From positions 1-50,315 of the forward strand of contig CAXGSM010000010.1 in assembly GCA_964012435.1 (NCBI GenBank): DNA of 50,315 nucleotides, read 5' to 3'. Numbering within the stretch: position 1 is the stretch's first letter; every line of letters starts with the position of its first letter. The stretch comes from an uncultured bacterium. Lineage in GTDB: Bacteria > UBP7 > UBA6624. Positions 38,854 through 48,079 of this stretch are shown here, in pieces. A program made the translations under genes and the position numbers. The notes beneath the pieces were generated by a model. The model did no database searches. It had not been told where the DNA came from and was given only the letters and a program-made list of their open reading frames with translations.

Positions 38854-41800
38854 AAATACTTGTTATAGGTAGCGGTCCAATAGTTATCGGTCAAGCCGCT
38901 GAATTTGACTATTCTGGGTCTCAGGCTTGTAGAGCATTGAAGGAAGAAGGGCATGAGATTGTCTTGGTTAACAATAATCCTGCCACAATAATGACTGATG
39001 TTGATTTTGCTGACAGAACATATCTTGAACCATTGGTTTTAGAAACCTTGATTGAAATAATCAAAAAAGAAAAACCAGAAGGTTTATTAGCGACTTTAGG
39101 AGGGCAAACAGGTCTAAACTTAGCTGTTCAGCTAGGCAAGAGTGGTGCACTTGAAGAGCATAATGTTAAATTGCTGGGTACTTCTTTGGAATCTATACAA
39201 ATGGCCGAAGATAGAGGTTCTTTTAAGGATCTGATGAATCAAATTGGTGAGCCGGTTTTGGAAAGTAAGGTTGTTAGAAATCTTGACGAAGCTGAAGATT
39301 TTTTGAAAAAAATGAGCCTTCCCTTGGTGATACGGCCAGCATATACTCTTGGTGGCTCTGGGGGTGGCTTTGCAAATGATGTTTCAAGTTTTATTGAAAT
39401 CGTAAAAAATGGTTTGCAAATGTCTCCAGTCAGCGAAGTTCTTTTAGAAAAATCAATTTATGGCTGGAAAGAGCTTGAATACGAGGTTATGAGAGACGGA
39501 GCGGGCAATTGTATTACCGTTTGCAATATGGAAAATCTTGATCCAATGGGGGTTCATACTGGCGATTCAATAGTTGTTGCGCCAAGTCAAACATTAACAG
39601 ACAAAGAATATCACAAGTTAAGAACTTCAAGTTTGAAGATTATTAATAGTCTTGATATCAAGGGTGGTTGTAATGTGCAATTTGCGCTCAATGAGGATGG
39701 TGAATATATAGTTATAGAAGTTAATCCTAGAGTTAGCAGGTCTTCAGCCTTGGCAAGTAAAGCGACAGGATACCCTATCGCTAGGGTTGCAGCCCTTATC
39801 GCTTCTGGAAAAACTTTGCCGGAAATAAGAAACAAGGTTACAGGAACTACAACTGCTTGTTTTGAACCTGCTCTTGATTACATAGTTACAAAAATACCTA
39901 GATGGCCATTTGATAAATTTCCAAAAGCGAACAGAGAGCTTGGGGTTCAAATGAAAGCAACTGGTGAAGTCATGTCTATAGGTAGAAATTTTAAAGAATC
40001 TTTTATAAAAGCTTTAGTTTCTCTTGAGATGCCTGGAAAAAAAATATTCCCCTTTGCTGAGAAGGAGGATGATTTCGTTAAATCTTTATTAAAAACTCCA
40101 ACAGATCAAAGGATTTATGCAATTTTTGAATCTATATTTAGAGGTTGGGAAACTGAGGAAATTTGTTCTATCTCTGGTTGGAATCCTTTTTTTATAGAAG
40201 AGCTCAAAGAGTTACTTCGTCTTGTTTTTCTTGGGGAGCTTGGCACCAAAAGCCTATTGCAAGAATTTTTCGATCGAAATGATATTGATTCTTATGCTCA
40301 TTATTCAAGAGAAGGTAAATCTGAAAAACCAAGAGAGAAAAGATCCTTTAGGATGGTTGACACCTGTGCTAGTGAATTTGAATCTTTTACAAGATATTAT
40401 TATGGTACAGATGGCGAAAAGAGTGAATCCGAAAAAACAAAATCACCTATAGTTGTTATTGGTGGTGGCCCTATAAGAATCGGCCAGGGCATTGAGTTTG
40501 ATTGTTGTTGTGTTCATGCTTTGCAGGCTATTCGCGAAAGTGGTTATGAGGCTGTAATGATAAACAATAACCCTGAAACCGTTTCGACTGATTTTGATTT
40601 CTCAGATCAATTATTTTTTGAACCTTTAAATCATGAAGATGTGTTAAAGGTTGTAGATGACATAGATGCAAAAGGTGTCATTGTCCAGTTTGGAGGACAG
40701 ACAAGCATCAATATGGCTGACCAGCTTGAAAAAAATGGTGTTAACTTGTTAGGAACACCTCTTTCAGGAATTGACATTGCAGAAGACAGAAAGAAAATTG
40801 ACAAGTTGTTGTCTAAGTTGGATATCAATATGCCAAAAGGATACACTGTTGATGATCCTGAAGACCTAGAAGAATTAATTGAAGTTTTAAAGTTTCCTGT
40901 ATTGGTTAGGCCATCTTTTGTTCTTGGTGGAAGGGCAATGACTATAGCTTACACAAAAGAGGATGTCGTCGTTGCTGTAAGAGATGCTTATGAGCAGGTT
41001 GATGGAAAGAACCCAATATTAATAGACGAGTATATCTTAGGCAAAGAGTTAGAGATTGATTTAGTTTGTGATGGAAATGATATTTATGTTCCTGGTGTTA
41101 TGGAGCATATTGAAAGAGCAGGAGTTCACTCAGGTGATTCAATGGCTGTTTTTCCATCATTTTCACTTGGCGAAGAAACAATTAGTGAAATTGTTGATAT
41201 TGGTAAGAAGATTGCTTTTGGTCTTGGATGTATAGGTATGTTGAATATACAGTACATTATGTCAGAAGGTTCAATTTATGTTCTTGAAGTCAACCCGAGA
41301 GCAAGTAGAACTGTTCCATTTTTAGCAAAAGCAACTGGTATATCAATGGCAAAAGTTGCAACAAAGATTATGCTTGGTCAAAGCATCAAAGAGCAAGGCA
41401 TCCCGATAGGCTTAGGCCCAAAGCCAAAGTGCAGCACCTTGAAAGCTCCAGTTTTTTCATTCAATAAACTTTTGGGTGTTGAAGTTGGTTTAGGCCCTGA
41501 AATGAAGTCAACTGGAGAAATTATGAGTTTTGGAAAATCTTTGACTGAAGTTTTTTCTAAAACATGGACATCTCTAGGCTTCAATAATTCAAAAATTAGA
41601 AAAGGTGCTGTTTTGATGACGGTTGACGATAGTGACAAGCCTTTTGCTGCAAAACTTGCAAAAAGAATTAAAAAATTAGGTTATGAAATTTATGCAACGT
41701 CTGGAACGTATGATTTTTTTGAGGCAAAATCAATAGAAACTTTCCCTATAAGGAAAATTCATGAAGGTACTCCAAATTTATTAAATTTACTCTCAGACGA

Positions 41801-42002
41801 ACGTATTTCTTTTGTTGTTAATTCTGTTTCAGGAAATAGTGAAGCTGAAACGGATGGAATGAGGATTAGAGCAGCAAGTGTCAGGAATGAAGTTCCTTTA
41901 TTTACAAATCTTGAAGCTGCAGAAGCTTTTGTAGAAACTTTAGAATTTTGGAGCCATGAGAAGAAGGTTTTTCCTGTTAGGGCACTTCAAGATTCCATAT
42001 GA
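38850..42002 (+). CDS. carB: Carbamoyl-phosphate synthase large subunit
   Basis: GSGPIVIGQAAEFDYSG, HTGDS, NPRVSRSSALASKATG, second ATP-grasp half, MGS domain. Confidence 0.98.
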   Translation: MKILVIGSGPIVIGQAAEFDYSGSQACRALKEEGHEIVLVNNNPATIMTDVDFADRTYLEPLVLETLIEIIKKEKPEGLLATLGGQTGLNLAVQLGKSGALEEHNVKLLGTSLESIQMAEDRGSFKDLMNQIGEPVLESKVVRNLDEAEDFLKKMSLPLVIRPAYTLGGSGGGFANDVSSFIEIVKNGLQMSPVSEVLLEKSIYGWKELEYEVMRDGAGNCITVCNMENLDPMGVHTGDSIVVAPSQTLTDKEYHKLRTSSLKIINSLDIKGGCNVQFALNEDGEYIVIEVNPRVSRSSALASKATGYPIARVAALIASGKTLPEIRNKVTGTTTACFEPALDYIVTKIPRWPFDKFPKANRELGVQMKATGEVMSIGRNFKESFIKALVSLEMPGKKIFPFAEKEDDFVKSLLKTPTDQRIYAIFESIFRGWETEEICSISGWNPFFIEELKELLRLVFLGELGTKSLLQEFFDRNDIDSYAHYSREGKSEKPREKRSFRMVDTCASEFESFTRYYYGTDGEKSESEKTKSPIVVIGGGPIRIGQGIEFDCCCVHALQAIRESGYEAVMINNNPETVSTDFDFSDQLFFEPLNHEDVLKVVDDIDAKGVIVQFGGQTSINMADQLEKNGVNLLGTPLSGIDIAEDRKKIDKLLSKLDINMPKGYTVDDPEDLEELIEVLKFPVLVRPSFVLGGRAMTIAYTKEDVVVAVRDAYEQVDGKNPILIDEYILGKELEIDLVCDGNDIYVPGVMEHIERAGVHSGDSMAVFPSFSLGEETISEIVDIGKKIAFGLGCIGMLNIQYIMSEGSIYVLEVNPRASRTVPFLAKATGISMAKVATKIMLGQSIKEQGIPIGLGPKPKCSTLKAPVFSFNKLLGVEVGLGPEMKSTGEIMSFGKSLTEVFSKTWTSLGFNNSKIRKGAVLMTVDDSDKPFAAKLAKRIKKLGYEIYATSGTYDFFEAKSIETFPIRKIHEGTPNLLNLLSDERISFVVNSVSGNSEAETDGMRIRAASVRNEVPLFTNLEAAEAFVETLEFWSHEKKVFPVRALQDSI

Positions 42003-42292
42003 AGCAAAGTGGATTCATTGAGGTTGTTGGCATTGAGCCAATTTCAAAAGAAGAAGCTATTCTTTACACTTATGCTTCCTGGTTGAACTCTTTTAAGGCT
42101 GGCAAGTTGATATTTTTTAAAACTGATGAAAAGTTTTTTCCAAATCCAATTCCTATAATGGACATCAAGTCAGATGGGGCTGTTTTATGGCGGGTTGGCT
42201 CCATTGAAGGGAGCTCAGATTTGTGCAATATCAATATTGGAGATGATGTATACGGGTCTGTTTCAGAATTTAAAAATGGAGGACCCTCATGA
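41999..42292 (+). CDS. Truncated PyrK-like FAD-binding beta-barrel remnant
   Basis: FKAG.LI, P.PI.I, GS..L.....GD.V resemble the PyrK N-terminal domain; directly after carB; 97 aa only. Confidence 0.55.
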   Translation: MKQSGFIEVVGIEPISKEEAILYTYASWLNSFKAGKLIFFKTDEKFFPNPIPIMDIKSDGAVLWRVGSIEGSSDLCNINIGDDVYGSVSEFKNGGPS

Positions 42293-44193
42293 AAGAAATT
42301 ACTTTGAGATCTATATTTTTATCAATATTGATAACCGCTGCTCTTGCTGGCGCAAATGCTTATTTGGGCTTAAAGGCAGGAATGACTGTGAGCGCCAGTA
42401 TACCTGCTGCTGTTATTTCAATGGGTGTGTTGGCATGTTTTGCTGGTAAAAAGAAAGGAAATAATATTTTTGAAAACAATATGGTTCAAACAGCTGCAAG
42501 TGCAGGAGAGTCTTTGGCTGCTGGTGTTATTTTTACAATTCCTGCGTTGATACTTCTTGGACATTGGACTGATTTTTCTTTCTGGGAAGTTTCTTTGATT
42601 GCTGGTTTAGGTGGTATTTTAGGGATACTTTTCTGTATACCTTTAAGAAGAGCTTTTATAGTGGATAGCAAAGAATTAACTTTCCCTGAAGGCCTTGCTA
42701 CTGCTGAAGTTTTGAAAGAGGGTGAAAAAGGCGGTGCAGGTGCATCTTTGATTGGTCAAAGTGCATTGATCGGTGGTTTGTTTAAATTTTTTCAGTCAGG
42801 GTTTAAGGCTTGGGGGGAAGCTCTCGAAGGAGCTAGTTTCATAGGTGGAAAATGGCTTGCTTACATTGGAACAAACTTATCACCAGCTCTTTTAGGTGTT
42901 GGTTATATTGTTGGAAAAAATATAGGAATATTGGTTTTTTTGGGTGGCTGCATAGCTTGGGTAATAGGTTTGCCTTTATATATTTATTTAAATGGAGATG
43001 AGGTTATAGGTGGAGATTCAATAAACTCAATTGTTCAAAATTCTGCTGTTGATGGTGCTTATTTGATATGGAGCAAGAAGATTAGATATTTGGGAGTTGG
43101 AGCAATGGCTGTTGGTGGAGTTTATGCTCTTCTGAAAGTTTGGAATCCTGTTTTAGATGGAATTAAAAGCGGAATGGAAGCTTATAGAAAAATGGGTATT
43201 AAACAAAAAGACTTACCAAGGGAGGAAAGAAATATCCCCATGCCTTTTGTTCTTGGCGGAATTTTTTTACTGCTTATTCCGATAGTTCTTTATTACAACC
43301 ATGTTATAAGCGATTTGAATATAGCCTTAGCAATGGGGATAATCATGGTCTTAGCAGGCTTCCTTTTTTCTTCAGTTGCAGGTTATATGGGCGGCCTTGT
43401 AGGTTCAAGCAATAATCCAATAAGTGGAATAACAATTGCCACTCTTCTTTTTACATCGTTTGTTTTGCTTTTTATGGGCAAGGGTTCAATTGGGCCAGCT
43501 GCTGCAATATTTGTTGGTAGTATAGTTTGTTGTGCTGCCTCTATAGGCTCAGACATTCTTCAAGATTTAAAATGTGGGAATATTATCAATGCAACACCAT
43601 GGAAGCAAGAGCTCATGGAGATTTTAGGTGTCATTGTTGCTGCTTTAGTTATAACGCCTGTTTTGTCTTTGCTTCATAACGCTTACGGTATAGGTTCTGA
43701 CCTACACTTGCCGGTAGAGGATCAAGGGAATTTTTTAGCAGCACCACAAGCGGGCTTGATGGCTTCTGTTGCTGATGGGATACTTGGAGAGAGTTCGACA
43801 CTTCCTTGGAATTTGGTTTTTATAGGCATCTTCATAGGGGTTTTGATAATTTTATGGGATAAAAAATTAGAAAAAATAGGAAGTTCTTTTAGGGCTCCTG
43901 TGTTAGCAGTTGCTGTAGGTATCTACTTGCCAATAGAGCTTGCTGTCCCTATATTTCTTGGCGGGTATTTAAGGCATTATTTACATTATGGAAAAAAGAA
44001 AGACACAAGCAGGCAGGGTATTCTTGTTTGTAGCGGCTTGATAACAGGAGAAGCTTTGATGGGGATAATTCTTGCAGGGGTTATTGTTTCCAAATTCAGT
44101 ATTCCAGCAATAGCGTTAGGCCCAGTTGGGCCTTGGCTTGGGTTTATCTGTTTAGCTTTGATTGCGAAATATCTAGCTCAAAAAGTTAGATAA
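42289..44193 (+). CDS. OPT-family oligopeptide transporter
   Basis: NAYLGLKAG.TVSASIPAAV, FPEG.A.AEV, GLVGSSNNPISG, LQDLK.G, APQA.LM. Confidence 0.95.
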   Translation: MKEITLRSIFLSILITAALAGANAYLGLKAGMTVSASIPAAVISMGVLACFAGKKKGNNIFENNMVQTAASAGESLAAGVIFTIPALILLGHWTDFSFWEVSLIAGLGGILGILFCIPLRRAFIVDSKELTFPEGLATAEVLKEGEKGGAGASLIGQSALIGGLFKFFQSGFKAWGEALEGASFIGGKWLAYIGTNLSPALLGVGYIVGKNIGILVFLGGCIAWVIGLPLYIYLNGDEVIGGDSINSIVQNSAVDGAYLIWSKKIRYLGVGAMAVGGVYALLKVWNPVLDGIKSGMEAYRKMGIKQKDLPREERNIPMPFVLGGIFLLLIPIVLYYNHVISDLNIALAMGIIMVLAGFLFSSVAGYMGGLVGSSNNPISGITIATLLFTSFVLLFMGKGSIGPAAAIFVGSIVCCAASIGSDILQDLKCGNIINATPWKQELMEILGVIVAALVITPVLSLLHNAYGIGSDLHLPVEDQGNFLAAPQAGLMASVADGILGESSTLPWNLVFIGIFIGVLIILWDKKLEKIGSSFRAPVLAVAVGIYLPIELAVPIFLGGYLRHYLHYGKKKDTSRQGILVCSGLITGEALMGIILAGVIVSKFSIPAIALGPVGPWLGFICLALIAKYLAQKVR

Positions 44194-45568
44194 TATTTTG
44201 TATCCTTGTGATGGTTTCTTTTTTTTCCAAGAAATAAAGCGTTTCAAAAATTGGAGGGGAAACTTTTCCACCAGAAATAGCTATCCTTAAGGGTTGCCAA
44301 ATTTGTTTTGGTTGATAGTTTTGTTCTAGCCTCCAGCTTTCCAACTTTGTTTCAATTCCTTTTACTGTCCATTCATTGATTGTTTCTATTTCTTTCATTA
44401 GTTTTTGTAATCTTTTTAAAGAATCTGAATCAAAGTTTTTTAAGTTTTCTTTTGTTTTTTTAATTTCCGGCCTCTTGAAGAAGAAGCCAATCATAGGCAC
44501 GATATCATTAAGACTTCTCAATCTTTCTTGAGTAACATCAATCAAATCAAAAATAGCCTCTCTTTTAGCTTTTATGTTGTTCTCTTCAAGTTTTTTACTA
44601 ATAATTGCCTGAAGTTTTTCTTTTGAAAGCTTTCTGATGTGCTGACCATTAAACCAATTGAGTTTTTTTGGAAAAAATTTAGAAGGTGATATATTTAATT
44701 TTTTTATTTCGAATAATTTAGAAATTTCCTCTTTTGAAAATATCTCCTTGTCATCGCCTGGACCCCATCCAAGCATCGCTAAAGCATTTATTATCGACTC
44801 AGGGAGAAACCCTTGTTCTTTAAATTTTTCAACAGAAACGTCTCCATGCCTCTTTGACAAAGGTGACCCATCCGGCCCCATAACTAATGGAAGATGTATA
44901 AATTGAGGTATTTTCCATCCAAGGGTTTTGTATAGCTGTATTTGTTTTGCTGTATTTGTTAAATGGTCTTCACCCCTTATTACATGACTTATGTTCATGG
45001 AGTGGTCATCAATAACACATGCAAAATTGTATAGTGGCTTCATATCGTTTCTTGATATTACAAAATCACCAATTTGTTTTGTGTTAACTTTTATTTTTCC
45101 TTTAAGCAGGTCATTAATTTCAACCCTATCTGCTTTAGCTGATTTAAATCTTAGTGCTGAAGGTCCAATTTTTTCAGCCTCTTCTTTAGATAGATTTGCA
45201 TCTCTCCATTCATTATCGAATCTTTTTACTTTTCCCATTTCAGCAGGAGACCAAAACGCTTTTTTTTCAAGGATCATTTTTTTTATAATTTCGCTGTATA
45301 TATGATTTCTTTCAGATTGTTTGTAAGGCTTGTAGGCACCTCCGTATCTTGGACTTTCATCTGGTTTTAGATCAAGCCATTCAAGTATATCCATTAAAGC
45401 TTGAGAATGTTTTTCCGAAGATCTTTCAGAGTCTGTATCCTCTATCCTTAAGATAAATTTTCCATTATTTGATTTTGCAAAAAGCCAATTAAACAATGCG
45501 GTTCTGGCGTTACCTAAATGTAAATTTCCCGAAGGGGAGGGTGCGAACCTAACTCTTACGCTTGTCAC
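44186..45568 (-). CDS. gltX: Glutamate--tRNA ligase
   Basis: RFAPSPSG.LH.G, RIEDTD, VIRGEDH, LSKR, LR.A.SG...SP; 3' end overlaps the OPT gene by 8 bp. Confidence 0.97.
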   Translation of the reverse strand: MTSVRVRFAPSPSGNLHLGNARTALFNWLFAKSNNGKFILRIEDTDSERSSEKHSQALMDILEWLDLKPDESPRYGGAYKPYKQSERNHIYSEIIKKMILEKKAFWSPAEMGKVKRFDNEWRDANLSKEEAEKIGPSALRFKSAKADRVEINDLLKGKIKVNTKQIGDFVISRNDMKPLYNFACVIDDHSMNISHVIRGEDHLTNTAKQIQLYKTLGWKIPQFIHLPLVMGPDGSPLSKRHGDVSVEKFKEQGFLPESIINALAMLGWGPGDDKEIFSKEEISKLFEIKKLNISPSKFFPKKLNWFNGQHIRKLSKEKLQAIISKKLEENNIKAKREAIFDLIDVTQERLRSLNDIVPMIGFFFKRPEIKKTKENLKNFDSDSLKRLQKLMKEIETINEWTVKGIETKLESWRLEQNYQPKQIWQPLRIAISGGKVSPPIFETLYFLEKKETITRIQNII

Positions 45569-46041
45569 TAAGCTTTTATTTCAACAATTGCAGAGATTTC
45601 TACAGGAGCATTTAATGGCAATGATGGAACACCAACAGCTTGTCTGCTGTGCTGGCCAGAATCTCCTAATACATTATTAAGAAAATCACTTGCTCCATTT
45701 ATAACCTGTGGATGACTTGTGAATGTTTTATTACATGCAACAAATCCGGTGAGCTGTAGGATCTTCACGATTCGGCCACCATTTTCATCAATATATTTAT
45801 CCAATTGAGAAAGGATATTGATTGCACATTGTCTCGCACATATTTGACCTTCCTCTATCGATAGATCTTCGCCGATTATCCCACTAAGCATTAACTCACC
45901 ATCTTTCATAGGAAGCTGACCACTGATAAAAAGTATCCCTTCCGCAGAGATTTGAAAGGATTTGTATGATGCAACAGGGCTTGTTGCAATCGGCAAATCA
46001 ACTTCAATTAGTTCTTTCGCAAGTTCACGTATATAGGACAT
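45568..46041 (-). CDS. RidA/YjgF/UK114 family protein
   Basis: PVASY, FISGQLP, INGASD, H.R.AVGV.SLP.NAPVEI. Confidence 0.93.
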   Translation of the reverse strand: MSYIRELAKELIEVDLPIATSPVASYKSFQISAEGILFISGQLPMKDGELMLSGIIGEDLSIEEGQICARQCAINILSQLDKYIDENGGRIVKILQLTGFVACNKTFTSHPQVINGASDFLNNVLGDSGQHSRQAVGVPSLPLNAPVEISAIVEIKA

Positions 46042-46059
46042 AAGATATAGTTTAAACCA
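46042..46059. promoter_or_regulatory. 18-bp divergent spacer with overlapping putative -10 elements
   Basis: Minus TAAACT (46054-46049) is 7 nt before ATG 46041; plus TATAGT (46046-46051) is 8 nt before TTG 46060. Confidence 0.45.
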
Positions 46060-47313
46060 TTGTTTAATAAAAATAAAAAAATAGAAAGGGGAATTTCTGT
46101 TTTGGTTAACAGGAGACCAAACAAGCTTGAAGGAAGCGTAGAGATTGAAGAGATTTCAAATCTTGTTAGTTCTGTGGGCGGAGAGGTTGTTGAATCTTTA
46201 ATTTTTAACATTCCAAACAAAAGACCTTTTCTTGGTAAAGGCCAATTGCAAAAAATTCAGAGATTGGCAAAGTCTTCTAATTGTGATTTTGTGGTTTTTT
46301 CAGAGTCTCTAAATTTGAGAAATATTTTGAATATAGAAAAGTATGTTACATGCAAGGTTATAGATAGGACGAAATTGATACTTGATTTGTTTTCTCAGAA
46401 CGCAAGAACTGCAGAGTCTAAAATTCAAGTTGAGAGAGCACAGCTCAGCTACACGTTACCTAGATTAACAAGAATGTGGACACATTTATCAAGACAGGCA
46501 GGTGGTATAGGCGTTAGGGGACCAGGTGAAACACAACTTGAATCAGACAAAAGGCAGATAAGAAAAAGAATTTCAATATTGGACAAAAAGTTAAAAAATA
46601 TAGAAAAATTAGGTGTTGAGAGAAGAAAATCAAGAAAAAACCTCATAAAAGTAGCTTTAGTAGGTTATACAAATGCTGGTAAGTCTACTTTTATGAATTT
46701 AGCGACAAGTGCTGGCGTCCTGTCAGAAGACCGACTTTTCTCAACCCTGGACTCAACAAGTAAGATTTTTAAAATATTAAATCAAAAGGTTTTATTAAGT
46801 GATACTGTTGGCTTTATTAAAAACTTACCACCAAGTTTAATTGCCAGTTTTAGATCTACTCTTTCAGAGCTAAATGAAGCTGATTTGATTTGGCATGTTG
46901 TTGATTCTTCTAGAGATGATATTGAATCACAGATACAGGTTACAAATCAAATATTAGAAGATTTAAATGTTTCTAATAAGGAAAAATGGTATCTTTTCAA
47001 CAAGGTCGATCTTGTAAGGGATGATTTGATGTTGAAGTTTACAGAAAGCGAGAATGTTTATTGCATGTCTGCAAAAACAAAATTTGGATTAAGCCAGATT
47101 TTTGATGATTTACAGAAATGGATAATGAAGAAGCTTAAAAAAATAAGAATATTTGTTCCATTTGACAGAGATGATTTATTCAAAATCATTCATGCTGAAG
47201 GTTATATCTTGGATCAAAAATTAAAAAATGATGGCATGGTTTACACGATCATTATTCCAGAAAATTTATTAAACTATTTCAAGCAATATGTTTTGGCCCT
47301 GGAAAAGAAATAA
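46060..47313 (+). CDS. hflX: GTPase HflX
   Basis: DRT.LILD.F, HLSRQAGGIG.RGPGETQLE.D, GYTNAGKST, DTVGFI, NKVD; start uncertain. Confidence 0.97.
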   Translation: MFNKNKKIERGISVLVNRRPNKLEGSVEIEEISNLVSSVGGEVVESLIFNIPNKRPFLGKGQLQKIQRLAKSSNCDFVVFSESLNLRNILNIEKYVTCKVIDRTKLILDLFSQNARTAESKIQVERAQLSYTLPRLTRMWTHLSRQAGGIGVRGPGETQLESDKRQIRKRISILDKKLKNIEKLGVERRKSRKNLIKVALVGYTNAGKSTFMNLATSAGVLSEDRLFSTLDSTSKIFKILNQKVLLSDTVGFIKNLPPSLIASFRSTLSELNEADLIWHVVDSSRDDIESQIQVTNQILEDLNVSNKEKWYLFNKVDLVRDDLMLKFTESENVYCMSAKTKFGLSQIFDDLQKWIMKKLKKIRIFVPFDRDDLFKIIHAEGYILDQKLKNDGMVYTIIIPENLLNYFKQYVLALEKK

Positions 47314-48016
47314 AGTTTTACTTAAAAGAAGCAATAATTTTAATGATATTAAAGTTATTCAGGAAAAAGATGGCACAAATCTTCTCTATTTAGACAAGAG
47401 TTCCAATATTCATTCGATATATAAATATGGAATGACTAGTACTGAATCTTACTGGGATGATTTTTGCATCATGCCCCCAATCATAGGGGAAGGAAAAATT
47501 GCTATTTTAGGATTAGGTGGAGCAACTACGGTATATCTATATAGAAAATATTGGCCAGATTTAAAGCTAAATTGTTGGGAAATTGATGGAGATCTTATTG
47601 ATGTTGCTAGATGTTATTTTGGATTGGCTGATGAAGAGGATGTAAAAATCAATATAGAAGATGCTTTGTCTGAAAGCTTTTTTAAATCAGGTTGTTACTC
47701 TTTGGTTATTGTTGATTTGTTTTTAGATGGTTCTTTTCTTTCCAGTTTGCAAAATCCTGAAATATGGAAAAATATAAAAAAACAAATTTCTCCAAACGGA
47801 AGGTTGATGGTTAATCTTTCCGGAAGAAATAAAAAATGTTTGGAAGTTTGTGATTTGATAGTTGCTGAATTTGGCAGCCTTTGCATCAAGCAAACAAAAG
47901 AGGCTGATAACGTTTTGGTGCTTTCTGGAGACTTGCCAAATCGTGAAGATTGGGAGAATTTGCTGCCTGAAGCTATTAAAAAAAGAGTGAAAGATTGGCA
48001 GGTTTATAAAAAATAA
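47288..48016 (+). CDS. SAM-dependent methyltransferase, spermidine-synthase-like fold
   Basis: IAILGLGGAT, WEID, EDA, IVDLF, PNGRLMVN. Confidence 0.88.
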   Translation: MFWPWKRNKVLLKRSNNFNDIKVIQEKDGTNLLYLDKSSNIHSIYKYGMTSTESYWDDFCIMPPIIGEGKIAILGLGGATTVYLYRKYWPDLKLNCWEIDGDLIDVARCYFGLADEEDVKINIEDALSESFFKSGCYSLVIVDLFLDGSFLSSLQNPEIWKNIKKQISPNGRLMVNLSGRNKKCLEVCDLIVAEFGSLCIKQTKEADNVLVLSGDLPNREDWENLLPEAIKKRVKDWQVYKK

Positions 48017-48030
48017 ATTTGTTTAAAAAA

Positions 48031-48052
48031 TACAGTACCTAAAGGTACTGTA
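48031..48052. promoter_or_regulatory. Perfect 10-bp inverted repeat, candidate operator or hairpin
   Basis: TACAGTACCT-aa-AGGTACTGTA in the 63-bp spacer before acyP; the repeat is certain, its function is not. Confidence 0.6.
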
Positions 48053-48079
48053 AGAAAATCGGTTAATATATGTGTCACT

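Noticed and set aside
48031..48052. Palindrome as a LexA box
   Set aside because: Half-sites are inverted relative to CTGT-N8-ACAG, and GTAC-N6-GTAC does not fit the N4 spacing of Gram-positive or cyanobacterial boxes
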